From: the human T2T-CHM13v2.0 reference genome, Homo sapiens
Length of the DNA stretch: 64,000 nucleotides
Strand: one strand, 5' to 3'
NCBI RefSeq assembly: GCF_009914755.1
Contig: NC_060936.1
Under the pieces are notes generated by a model. It saw nothing but the letters and a program-made list of their open reading frames with translations, was not told the origin of the DNA and did not search any database. Each line of letters begins with the position of its first letter. Within the stretch, counting starts at the first letter, position 1. The position numbers were made by a program, and so were the translations under genes. Shown piece after piece: positions 41,581 to 55,600 of this stretch.

Positions 41581-42056
41581 GTGAGTGTCTTTTGTGGATA
41601 CCGACAGTGGGAATGGCTCCTCTCAATTTGAGAAATTCTGAAGGAATTTCCATTGGCAAGTTCAGCAAGGCCAACTGACGGAGAGAGGAAGCACCCTGAC
41701 TGTTCCAGTTCAGACACTCTTGGGGCTTGTTAGTAATTGAGTATGTGTCTGGATAAGTGAGTGTCATTTGTGGGTCCAGACAGCAGGATCTGCTTTTCTC
41801 AATTTGAGAAATTCCGAAGGAATCTCCATTTGCAGATTGAACTAGCCCAACAAACAGGGAGAAAGCAACTCAACTGTTTCAGTTTGGACTCTCTTGGGAC
41901 TTGCTTATTGTTGCAGCAGTTAGATTGTATTCTGGTGGTTGTTTGTGTGTTGATGTAGTTGTGGGAGATCAGGGTTTGATCTGAGTGCAGACCGCTTGGG
42001 TGTATTCTTCAGGGTTGGTCTGCATGTGGCTGTGGGCCAGTGGAGTGAGGGAACAT

Positions 42057-42103
42057 CTCTACCCGTATCACGCTGAACATGCCCAATCTCATCTGATCTC
42101 AGA
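42057..42103 (+). pseudogene. 5S rRNA 5' fragment
   Basis: ctctacccgtatcacgctgaacatgcccaatctcatctgatctcaga vs 5S GTCTACGGCCATACCACCCTGAACGCGCCCGATCTCGTCTGATCTCGGA; mismatches mostly CpG decay. Confidence 0.8.
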
Positions 42104-42300
42104 CAGTCTTTGAATTGTAGCACTGCCTTATATTTGGATTTATTTTGCTGTTGAATGTGAATATGGGATGGAAGTCCATGTCTCCAGGCTTCTATGCTGC
42201 TGCTCTAAGGACAGGCAGGCCTGATTAGTATGTGCTGCTGTTTGGCTACAGAGTTCTTTGGAGTCTGGAGAGATTTGGCCTTTAAAAATCAAACTGTCAG

Positions 42301-44383
42301 ACCCTGTCTCAAGGAAAAAAAAAAAAACAGGATGTGAGCGCTCTCCCTCTCCCTCTCCCTCTCCCTCTCCGTCTCCCTCTCCCTCTCCCTCTCCGTCTCC
42401 CTCTCCCTCTCCCTCTCCGTCTCCCTCTCCCTCTCCCCACGGTCTCCCTCTCATGTGGAGCCGAAGCTGGACTGTACTGCTGCCATCTCGGCTCACTGCA
42501 ACCTCCCTGCCTGATTCTCCTGCCTCAGCCTGCCGAGTGCCTGCGATTGCAGGCACGCACCACCACGCCTGACTGGTTTTGGTGGAGACGGGGTTTCGCT
42601 GTGTTGGCCGGGCCGGTCTCCAGCCCCTAACCGCGAGTGATCCGCCAGCCTTGGCCTCCCGAGGTGCCGGGATTGCAGACGGAGTCTCGTTCACTCAGTG
42701 CTCAATGGTGCCCAGGCTGGAGTGCAGTGGCGTGATCTCGGCTCACTACAACCTACACCTCCCAGCAACCTGCCTTGGCCTCCCAAAGTGCCGAGATTGC
42801 AGCCTCTGCCCGGCCGCCACCCCGTCTGGGAAGTGAGGAGTGTCTCCGCCTGGCCACCCATCGTCTGGGATGTGAGGAGCCCCTCTGCCTGGCTGCCCAG
42901 TCTGGAAAGTGAGGAGCGTCTCCGCCCGGCCGCCATCCCATCTAGGAAGTGAGGAGCGCCTCTTCCCAGCCGCCATCACATCTAGGAAGTGAGGAGCGTC
43001 TCTGCCCGGCCGCCCATCGTCTGAGATGTGGGGAGCGCCTCTGCCCCGCCGCCCCATCTGGGATGTGAGGAGCGCCTCTGCCCGGCCGAGACCCCGTCTG
43101 GGAGGTGAGGAGCGTCTCTGCCCGGCCGCCCCGTCTGAGAAGTGAGGAGACCCTCTGCCTGGCAACCACCCCGTCTGAGAAGTGAGGAGCCCCTCCGCCC
43201 GGCAGCTGCCCCGTCTGAGAAGTGAGGAGCCTCTCCGCCCGGCAGCCACCCCATCTGGGAAGTGAGGAGCGTCTCCGCCCAGCAGCCACCCCGTCCGGGA
43301 GGGAGGTGGGGGGGGTTAGCCCTCCGCCCGGCCAGCCGCCCCATCCGGGAGGGAGGTGGGGGGGTCAGCCCCCCGCCTGGCCAGCCATGCCGTCCGGGAG
43401 GGAGGTGGGGGGGTCAGCCCCCTGCCCGGCCAGCCGCCCCGTCCAGGAGGTGAGGGGCGCCTCTGCCCGCCCCCCCCTACTGGGAAGTGAGGAGCCCCTC
43501 AGCCCGGCCAGCCACCCCGTCTGGGAGGGAGATGGGGGGGTCAGCCCCCCCGCCCGGCCAGCTGCCCCGTCCGGGAGGGAGGTGGGGGGGTCAGCCCCCC
43601 GCCTGGCCAGCCGCCCCGTCCGGGAGGGAGGTGGGGGGGGTCAGCCCCCCCCGCCCAGCCAGCCGCCCCGTCCGGGAGGTGAGGGGCGCCTCTGCCCGGC
43701 CGCCCCCTACTGGGAAGTGAGGAGCCCCTCTGCCTGGCCAGCCGCCCCGTCCGGGAGGGAGGTGGGGGGGTCAGCCCCCTGCCCGGCCAGCCGCCCCGTC
43801 CGGGAGGTGAGGGGCGTCTCTGCCCGGCCGCCCCTACTGGGAAGTGAGGAGCCCCTCTGCCCGGCCACCACCCCGTCTGGGAGGTGTGCCCAGCAGCTCA
43901 TTGAGAACGGGCCAGGATGACAATGGCGGCTTTGTGGAATAGAAAGGCGGGAAAGGTGGGGAAAAGATTGAGAAATGGGATGGTTGCCGTGTCTGTGTAG
44001 AAAGAAGTAGACATGGGAGACTTTTCATTTTGTTCTGCACTAAGAAAGATTCTTCTGCCTTGGGATCCTGTTGATCTGTGACCTTACCCCCAACGCTGTG
44101 CTCTCTGAAACATGTGCTGTGTCCACTCAGGGTTAAATGGATTAAGGGCGGTGCAAGATGTGCTTTGTTAAACAGATGCTTGAAGGCAGCATGCTCGTTA
44201 AGAGTCATCACCAATCCCTAATCTCAAGTAATCAGGGACACAAACACTGCGGAAGGCCGCAGGGTCCTCTGCCTAGGAAAACCAGAGACCTTTGTTCACT
44301 TGTTTATCTGCTGACCTTCCCTCCACTATTGTCCCATGACCCTGCCAAATCCCCTCTGTGAGAAACACCCAAGAATTATCAAT

Positions 44384-44406
<23 letters not shown>
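42301..44406 (+). mobile_element. Full-length SVA (SVA_E/F-like, probably human-specific) with a 40-nt 5' transduction
   Basis: (CCCTCT)n 42341-42436, Alu-like domain, GC-rich VNTR, SINE-R, AATAAA 44381, poly(A); 17-bp TSD AAAAATCAAACTGTCAG at 42284-42300 and 44407-44423. Confidence 0.97.
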
Positions 44407-44414
<8 letters not shown>

Positions 44415-44422
44415 AACTGTCA

Positions 44423-44680
44423 GCTGGGCGCAAGAAACTGAGGTGGGCAGATACTTGAGCCCAGGAGTTCGAGACCAGCCTGGGCAACATGGTGAAACCC
44501 TGTCTCTACAAAAAATACAAATATTAGCTGGGTGTAATGGTGCATACCTGTAGTCCCAGCTACTCAGGAGGCTGAGGTGGGAGGATTACCTGAGCCTGGG
44601 AGGTTGAGGCTGCAGTGAGCCTTGATCACACCACTGCACTTCCAGCCTGGGTGACGGAGATCCTGTCTCAAAAAAAAAAA
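44423..44680 (+). mobile_element. AluJ-like, with 5' internal deletion
   Basis: Alu text; A tail followed by aatcaaactatca, a degenerate TSD. Confidence 0.9.
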
Positions 44681-45224
44681 TAATCAAACTATCATGGAAA
44701 CTGCTTTATTCAAAATTTTGTTTCACAACCTTTATTGGATTACCTATCAGAACAAATAAAGTTCAACCATGTGAACATGTTCATAAACCAGTGAGTTTGC
44801 ATTGCTATCTCATGGCTGGAATTTAAAGGTAAAAGCTATTGGATCTTTGTGTGTATGTAGGTATATGTGTCTAGATGTTACGTGTTGTTTTTAGAGGGTA
44901 GCAAATTGGCTTATAAATTAAAAAGCGTTCATAAATTAAGTAAATGAGTCTAAGCATTTTTCAAGTTTACATGACTTAAGTAAATCTTTAATAAACAAGA
45001 GAGCTTTTAGATCATTTGTAAAATAAAAATAGAAATGCCTTTGGAATTGTCAGCATACTTTTTTTGTTTGGGTTTTACATTTGTCTCTGCTAGATATTTA
45101 AAGGTGTCAGGGTTTGACAAAGAGATTATAAGACTATAAACCCAGCCAAGAACAAAATTATCTTTGTGTGATTTTTTGATAAATAAGACTAATTTAATGT
45201 CGTTAGGTTAATAAAAATAGCTGA

Positions 45225-45564
<340 letters not shown>

Positions 45565-47194
45565 AACTTTATGTTTCTTACTTAGGTGAACATCTAATAT
45601 ATACAAGTTATAAAAATGGTTAACAAGGAAATAATGAATAGCTTTGATATCTCTTTTCTCATAAGTAATATAGATAATTGCTAAAAAAGTGAATGAAATA
45701 TAAATGGCATAAATGCTCTAAGTGAACTTTTTGTGTAATTTAATATCTTGAAGTTATTTTGGATGCTCATGAGATGTGTGGGTCATTTCCAATTATGAAA
45801 GGGTTTCAATACAGAAAGTTAAATGATGTAAAAACCTTAATTCCTTTAAATCTCAGTTTTCCTAAGCAATCAAAAACCCAATAACAATGACATAGAAATT
45901 ATTTTGATAAAATGTAAAATTTGTTTCTCAGGTCAGTTACCAAAAGGCAAAGAAAAACCTCCTGCAGTGTGATTGCTTCTCCTATCAGAGTCCCATCTCG
46001 AAAACCTGAAAGTCAAACCTGATAAATGATGTAGACATATCAAGAAAAGCCAAGAGGACAGAATCAAGCTATACTGGAGGAAAACGTTGCTTCTCTAGAA
46101 TTTTAAAATAAATATTTCAGCATCAGACCATGACAGCAGTTAAGGCAAGAGGGAAAAAAAAGATACAAGAACTGACAAAGTTGAAGGAGATAGTTTCATT
46201 TCAGGTTCCTTCAAGGGGAGACAAGCTGACAGCAACAAAACACAAGAAAGCTGCACTTTGGAGATATAGATCTGAGAAGTATTCAAAAAGTAACAGATTA
46301 TAGAGTCAAAATCAAAACCTCTCATCCAATCAATATTTTAAGAAAACCTTGTTCTAACCCAGGGGACTAATCTATATCTCTCTCCCCTAGTTACTGGATC
46401 CTTTCTACCCTGTTTCATAAACAACCTAAGTCTATAATTTGAATTAACCTTTAGATAACTTCTGAGTTAAACAAAATTATTTCTTTAATCAATAAGAACA
46501 CATCTTCTTTGGCACATTGTACATGGAATCATACAATTTGCTGGAATTCTTATTCTTAGTAATCCTAAATTTTAATGGAAACCTAGGAAGCAAGAAATCC
46601 TGGGCTGTCTATCAGATATTAACATTTTATAGATGAGAAACATGAATGTTCTCAGGCCCAGAAAACTCAAGTTGTTTTGGGACCTCAAGAAAAGAGGAAT
46701 TCACCCAATTCATACAGGTATCTGCAAGCACAGATCAATTATTGGTTGTGCTCAAGAGGCCTTTAAAAATCAAATCTGAGATTCCTTATGAAAAGTTCCA
46801 GCAAAGCCAATTTAAAAAAGCCTATATGAACAATAATTCTTGCTTCAGTTTATGCAAATAATCAGGCAAACTATAATAAGATTAAAACAGATTTTGCAAA
46901 TAAATTGGTCCTACTGTGATTTGCCTTTCATGGAAATGGGGAGCTGGAGAGAGAAACATTATGTTTTGGAAGAAAACTGCAGTACACCTGTTATTAGATT
47001 AATCTTTGACCTATGGCAACCTGGTCATCCATGGTATGGAGATACATCTGTGCTGTGCTGCATTCAGTTATTAAAAGTATAAGTTACCAGTGGAATTTAG
47101 ATATGGATTCATCACCTCAGAAGTTGGTTCACTGGATGCATAAGGAAATAAAAACTAATTTTTAAAAAAGCAAAATTTTCAATCCCTTGGTTTT

Positions 47195-48071
<877 letters not shown>

Positions 48072-48670
48072 ATCTGTAATAGCTAAAATTAAAGTAGGAG
48101 AATATTGGGTCAGGCTTTGAGGCCAAACCAAGCCTAGATGTGGGTCTGTCTGAACTCAGATCACTAGCCTCAAGGCTGCTCATGAAGAAGAAAATTATGC
48201 CAGGAAACCAGAAAGTACCTCTGAGATCTGTGGTTTCCTGGAAGGTAGTCAATGTGGGGAAGGAGTGAATTAAAGTGACTTCTGAAACTAGAGGGTATAA
48301 TGTGAAGGAATTGTTCTATTTTGCAAATCAGTATCATTAGCTTCCTGAACCTTTACTAAAATAAATTGTGAGAGTAATTACTTTAGGCACAATGTCTTTG
48401 GTTTTAAATGCTGCAGAGTGGAAGATCCGGTTGATACAGAACCCACGGCTCACAATTGAACAGTTGCAGATGGGTACATATAATCCGGGCACACAGGAGG
48501 TTATTCCCAAAAGAACAGCCTACTTGGTGGACTGGATAAAACACTGTGAGAACTATTTACTCTGAGAAGGAGAATTGTCCCACTCCACCTATAAATGCCA
48601 AGTGGAGCACTCCAGATGAAGCAACAGATATGCTTCAAATGTAAGCCACGGGGGACTGGCTTTATAATGA

Positions 48671-49323
48671 TGTGGCAGGCCAGGTCACTAATGCAGGCCT
48701 CCATAACAACTGTTTCAGTACTGACTGAGTGGTTAAGTTAAATGTTAAAAGGTAAAAAAGCCAGTGGCCTTATACAAACTCTGGATTGTAACAAAAGCCC
48801 ACCACGAGTTTTGCCTAGGACTTTCCTGGGGCTTGGACCCATGACAAGATAATGAAGGAATTCTTAACAGGACCAGATTAGGATTAAACAAGTTTTACCG
48901 GCAGTCTGAAGAAACTTCCCAGGCTTCCACAGACAAGTTTATTGGAGATCTCAAGGAAGTTCCCAAACCTCCATGATTTAGCAGGAGACAAGATAGGGTA
49001 ATCACCCCAGCACCTGGACCCATATAGATTAAGTAAATTTACTAAGCCTCCAGAGGAAGGTCTTCAGAACTCAGATCTCAGTTATAGATTACAAGAAGTT
49101 AATCACTCATGTTTTTAGATGAATGCACTTACACACAGACATATAACTTAGAAGGTAATAAGCTCTGGAAGACTTTGTAATTTTGAGTTGGTCTGGCAAT
49201 ATTTTCCAGGCCTTCTCCCTATAACTTGTTAAAGAAATAAAAACTCTTCCTCCCCAGTTCATCTGCATCTTGTTACTGGGCTGGAAGAAATAGCAGTCTG
49301 ACCCTCAGTTTGGTCCAGGAACA
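48671..49323 (+). mobile_element. ERV1 solo LTR (LTR15-like, tentative), 4-bp TSD ATGA
   Basis: TGTGGCAGG...CCAGGAACA; AATAAA 49236; ATGA at 48667-48670 and 49324-49327. Confidence 0.8.
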
Positions 49324-49338
49324 ATGATAGAAATATTA

Positions 49339-49698
<360 letters not shown>

Positions 49699-51080
49699 TT
49701 AATGGTAATGAGTCCCTGGCACCTCTATTCTTGTGTGGCCTAGAATGTTTAATTGACTATAAGTCTTTTTTGACTCTAAGTCCCTTGGTTACAGGGGTCC
49801 CACTGACGAACAGGATGGACTCGGGGCAGGTAGTCATACCACCTTGGAAATGATATGGAACAAAATAAAGTTTGGCAATCAATGCTCCCTCTGGCATATT
49901 CCAAGGAGACCTCAGTTTCCAAGAGATAAATCTTACCTGGGAAAAGGTCTTGCCCCTTGCCCTGCTGAGGGTACTGGTAGCTCCCAGAAATGGATTAGCT
50001 CTTAGCCCCTTTCAAAATGTTTACTTGGAGACTGTTTTCCTGGACTCTCTGATGCTTGAGGATTTTTTCCTCCCCTGAAACAGAAGCTATGTCATACATG
50101 AAACAATTAGGGAATATATTAACTAGTCTCTCCAACAGACTTCATTTCTGTATGGACTTGCCTCTTCCCTGTTTGAAACCAGGGAATCGAATCATACTGA
50201 AGACCTGGAAATCCCATCAGGCTGAAGACTAGCTGCAACCACAATAGGTCAGTCTTTTTAAGGTGCTGCTGACCACCCACTCGTCTATCAAGTTAGCCAG
50301 TGTTAAACCATGAATTCAACATACTCAGTAAAACTAGTCACTGTGGGATCCCTCCAGGGGAAACAGTCATGCTCTTGTGAACCTATACATGGCCTTAAGT
50401 TAATATTGAAAGCCCAGCCAAAGATCCTAGATAAGAAACTGTAAAAGGAATATGCATTTTTCAGTTATTATTCTCTTTAAACCCACAGCTTTTCACATAT
50501 AAGATATAATGAATCAGGAATACTTTTTGGTAGGCTTAGGATTGTTCTCTTGGATTCCCCAAGGGATCCACTCCAAATTCTCTGGTATTTTAAAATTGGT
50601 TTATCTATATTATTTATCATCCTTGTTCAATGTGGCCTAAAACGTTGTTCTAAAACTGAAATAAAAGTACCCAGATCATAGTGCTCCAATGACTACTTCT
50701 GATTATAGTGCCACATTTCCATTCCTTATCATTATTCCACCTCACACGTCCTCAGCATGAAGCAGCCAGAAGGATCAATGACCAGATTCTCCATGATTGA
50801 GGAAGTGATAAATAGAAAAGAGAGACTGAAACCGGCCCCGTTATCTTATAGAACTAATATTTACAGTTGTTTTTGTTTGTTTTGCTTTGGAACATAGAAA
50901 TGGACCCTGTCTGGTCTTAAAACTTGAAACTTGTTTGTTTTCCTGAGTTTCTTGCTTAGAAAACCGACTTTCAGGCAAGGAACTGAAACTCATCAGAGCA
51001 CCACACCCAGGCAATGAGACTGCAGATCCTTCACCCAGCATGATTTTTTCCCTACCTCTGCCTAATTTCTATTTTTCCCC

Positions 51081-51560
51081 TGTCCACGTAGCATCAAACT
51101 CTGTAAAATATTTGAAGAGATTTATTCTGAGCCAAATATGAGTGACCATGCCCGTGACACAGCCCTCAGGAGGCCCTGCGAACATGCACCCAAGGTGGTT
51201 CAGGTACACATTGGTTTTGTACATTTTAGGGAGACACGAGGCTTCAATCAACTATAAACATTTACTGATTGGCAATTGGTTGAGTTTATCTAAAGGTCTG
51301 GAATCAATAGAAAAGAAATGTCTGGGTTGTGGTAAGAGGTTGTAGAGACCAAGGTTTTATCATGCAAATGAAGCCTCCAGACAGCAGACTTGAGAGAGAC
51401 TTAAGTATTAATGCCTGAGAGATATAATGAAGCGTGTTCGACACGCACTTCCTGTCATGGCCTGAACCCATCTCTCAGGTTAAATTTTCAAAGAGCTGTG
51501 GTTGAAGAGGGAGTCCATTCAGATGGTTGAGGGGCCTTAGAATTTCATTTTTGGTTTACA
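51081..51560 (-). mobile_element. MER4-family solo LTR inserted in the LOR1 3' LTR
   Basis: Minus-strand start TGTAAACCAAAAATGAAATTCTAAGGCCCC; gagatttattctgagccaaatatgagtgacc. Confidence 0.78.
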
Positions 51561-52607
51561 CTCCCCACACAGCTACATTTCTGCCTGCACATAGCTACAT
51601 TCCTTCCTCACTATATAACCTCCCAATTTTAGTTTGTTGGAGAACAAAGCCAGAATAAAGCCAATCCTAGTCATAGCATTGCAACTTGTATCAGATGAAA
51701 GAAACCTACAAAAAGATAATTATAAAATTTAGATAAAATGTATAAAACAACTGAGAAGGCAAAATTTGAGGGGCTCCAATTAATCAAGGTTTACCGCTTA
51801 TATTCTGTGTGACTGCCAGAAAAAAAGAAACAAAACTTTTTGGTAGGAAGATCATTTAAAATTTCTGTTTTTAATACATAAGGCCTGTTATTTAATAAAA
51901 AATTATGAGACAACCTAAAAAAAAAGAATTAAATATCAAAACACCAATTGACAAGCCAAATGATAAAAACTGGCCTACATATGGTTCAGAAAATGATTTC
52001 AATAAATCTACTCTTCACCATTCTAATCCCTTTGCAGTGCCCTAGGATGGTGACTGACTCTCATGTATAATATCCCTGGACACTATTGTCCTGAAGCTCT
52101 AGGTATGTTTGTGCTAATAGGAAGAATAGGCAAAAGATTTAAAGGTGGGAGAATCCTTCCCTACAGCACTAGGAAATGGATATGGAGTTGTTCTCGCTGA
52201 GTGTACCTCCAGGGAGGCAGCCTTCATCAGCTATAGTTTCTGCTGCTTCAGTTAATTGCTACCAGCAATGTTCTCTCAGGCCTAATGTAGTAATGGCTTC
52301 CGGCAGTAGCTAGCCCTGGGGTATTTCACTATCCCTCATGGTTTCCTTTGGTCTTATCTCTATCTTGTAAATTGTCCTGTTATTTTATCTTCTTAAATTT
52401 TCCTTTTAATGTATAACCGGTTTTTTCTTTTTTTTTTTTTTTTTGGATCCCAAGTGTGTGTTTCTTTTTGGTACCTGAGTATATCACTGTCACTGTGGTC
52501 TCTCAACTTTTAAATTATGTGACTCTGAAGGTGTGTGTCTCCAAATTTTTATCCCTGTGCACTTTTCTTCACCTGTCTTCATTTCTTTCCCTTTTTTCCG
52601 TTATAAC

Positions 52608-55600
52608 TTTCACTCACATCCGTGTGAAGAGACCACCAAACAGGCTTTGTGTGAGCAACAAGGCTGTTTATTTCACCTGGGTGCAGGTGGGCTGAGTCCG
52701 AAAAGAGAGTCAGCGAAGGGAGATAGGGGTGGAGCTGTTTTATAAGATTTGGGTAGGTAGTGGGAAATTACAGTCAAAGGGGGCTTGTTCTCTGGCGGAC
52801 AGGAGTGGGGGCCACAAGGTGCTCAGTGGGGGAGCTTTTGAGCCAGGATGAGCCAGGAGAAGGAATTTTATAATGTCATCAGTTAAGGCAGGAACAGACC
52901 ATTTTCACTTCTTTTGTAGTGGAATGTCATCTGTTAAGGCAGGAACCGGCCATCTGGATGTGTATGTGCAGGTCACAGGGGATAGGATGGTTTAGCTTGG
53001 GCTCAGAGGCCTGACATTCCTGTCTCCTTATATTAATAAGAAAATAAAAATGAAATAGTGGTAAAGTGTTGGGACGGCAAAAATTTTGGGGGCTTGGTAT
53101 GGAGAGATAACGGGCGATATTTCTCAGGGCTGCTTCCAGCGGGATTAGGGGCGATGTGGTAACCTAGAGTGGGAGAGATTAAGCTGAAGGAAGATTTCAT
53201 GGTAAGGGGTGATATTGTGGGGTTGCTAGAAGAAACATTTGTCTTTTAGAATTATTCGTGATGGCCTGGATACGGTTTTGTATGAATTGAAAAACTAAAC
53301 AGAATAAGAGAAGGAGAAAAACAGGTATTAAAGGACTAAGAATTGGGAGGACCTAGGACATCTAATTAGAGAGTGTCCAAGGGGGTTCAGCATAATTACT
53401 TACTTGGTTGGCAAGTTTTTGGGCTCTATCCTTGAGTTTTTTATGTTGTCATACACCAGGCCAGATTGATTTAGGTAGAAACAACACTCTTCATTTAAGA
53501 ATATACAGAGTTCTCCTTTTTCAGCAGTGAGTAAGTCAAGGCCTCAGCGGTTTTGGAGGACAACTGCAGCTAAAGAGTCAACTTGGGCCTGGAGGACTGA
53601 TAAAGTATGTGATATGTCTGTGATGCTAGCAGAGAAGTCATTAGAGAGGCTAAGGAAGGTTGTGACAGAGGTTGAAATGCCTGCTATTCCAGTACCGAGA
53701 GCAATAGTGGAGGTAGAAAGTCTTAAACTGATAAGTAAGGGAATTAGTGGAATAACTCTTTTTTGTCGTGTCGGTGTCATGAGGGGAACAGGGAGCTCTT
53801 CGGTCCTATTTGCAAATTGAATTTTTGGAGTAAGGAAAACTAGTGTGCATGTACCTGTCCAATTAGCAGGTAGACACATGGAGGTAGAGGATCCACAGAG
53901 GAAGAAGAGACCTTGTGCGAGGCAAAACTGGAGAAGCAAAGTAAAAAGATGAGAAGGAGTGCTGAAAGGGGTGTCTTGTACCCAGACTCCTGGGGATCCA
54001 GCTAGGGCAGCAGCCATCAGAGGTTGTAATGGGGACTGATGAGGTAACTGCGTAGAGGGGGAGGTTTGATTTTCATGGTGTATGAGAAAATGTTGAGTGT
54101 CTATGAGCTACCTTTCACTGTTATTTATGGGGCTGGGTATAAGTAAACAAGAAGAGGGCTTTGGAGATGAAGAGTAAAGGAACATCAAGGTGAAAGGTTA
54201 CCTATGGGAATTCCAGTGGGTCTTTGCTGAGAGATACATAAAGGAGCAGCCACAGGAATAGTAGTTTGTGTTGTGAGAGGTAAATACGGGGGGAGTAGAG
54301 TTGATATAAGGAGAAAGGTTTTTTAAGTAAGTGTGGAGGAGGGCGGCAGCTTGCTGACGTGAAATGTCTGGGGAGGTCTAGCTGGACCTGTCTAGAAAGT
54401 AAATGAGTTCATCAGGAGGGTAAAGGTGAGGGCTGTTAAAGGAAGTTTGGAGGTGTAGGAGACAGGAGATGTTGCCTAGTCTGCATGTAAGGCGGGGACA
54501 GCTGTGTAGGCATTGGAAGAAAGGGAAATGCAAAGCTAGAGTTTGTTCGCTAAGGAGGGATTAGAAACAGCTAGGAGAGAATGAGTAATGTTTATAGTGT
54601 GGTGGAGATAGCTGGGGAGAGGTAGAGGGTGGCATAAGAATGGGAATGAGAATAAGATTGAGTATAAAAGTAAAGAATAGAACTTCATCAGGGTGAAAGT
54701 ATTGGAGGGTCCCCTGCCAGCAAAGATTATCTATCCCCTCTGAGAGGGAGTTAAGAGTTGCCAGTCCTGGGTGGGGGCAAATCCTCGAGCTTGATGTGTA
54801 GGGAAAGGAGGGGGCCTGAATAATCTATGAGGAGGAGTAGAATAGTAGATGGAACAGAAGTTATTTCCTTGAGGATAGATTTCCACGATGGAAAGGAAAT
54901 GAGAGGTTCTAAGAGGTGGGCTGGTGACTTGTACTATAGCATAGCCTGCCTTTGCTGGTGTGTGGCGATTAGGCCTGGTGGAACTACTATGAATAAACTA
55001 AGTGTGTTCAGGGTGAGGAACACGAAAGAAGAAAATATGAGGAAAAGGGGTGAATGTCAGGTGAATCAGAGAGATACAGTCATAGGGGTCAGGTGTGGTA
55101 TCCAGAATACTGTGGGAGGCTGGATTGAAGTCTGGGCCAGGAACAATGGTAATTGTCAGAGACTTAACAAAAAGGGAGTGTAGCTGAAGGAGCCAGGGAG
55201 CAGAAAGTGTATGCGTCAGGTGGGAGAAAGAAAATAGATTTTGGAAATTATGAGAACCGTAGAGAATGAGTTGGGCATAGTTTGTGATTTTTTGGGCCTC
55301 TAAAAGTATTAAAGCAGCGGCAGCCACTGCATGCAGACATGAGGGCTAGGCTAAAATGGTAAGGTCAAGTTGTTTGGACAGAAAGGCTACAGGGTGCGGT
55401 CCCAGCTCTTGTGTAAGAATTCTGACTGCCCTAACCATGCCTAGGAAGGAAAGGAGTTGTTGTTTTGTAGAAGGGATTGGGGTTTGGGAAATTAGCCGGA
55501 CATGATCAGCAGGGAGAGCACATGTGTTTTTATGAGAATTATGCTGAGATAGGTAAGAGATGAGGAAGAAATTTGGGCTTGACTGAAGTAATGGGGGCTA

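Noticed and set aside
42140-44361. Cluster of long overlapping ORFs (up to 232 aa)
   Set aside because: Artefact of the stop-poor GC-rich SVA hexamer and VNTR
51650-52600. Probable old L1/LTR debris between the two proviruses
   Set aside because: Too diverged to classify with confidence
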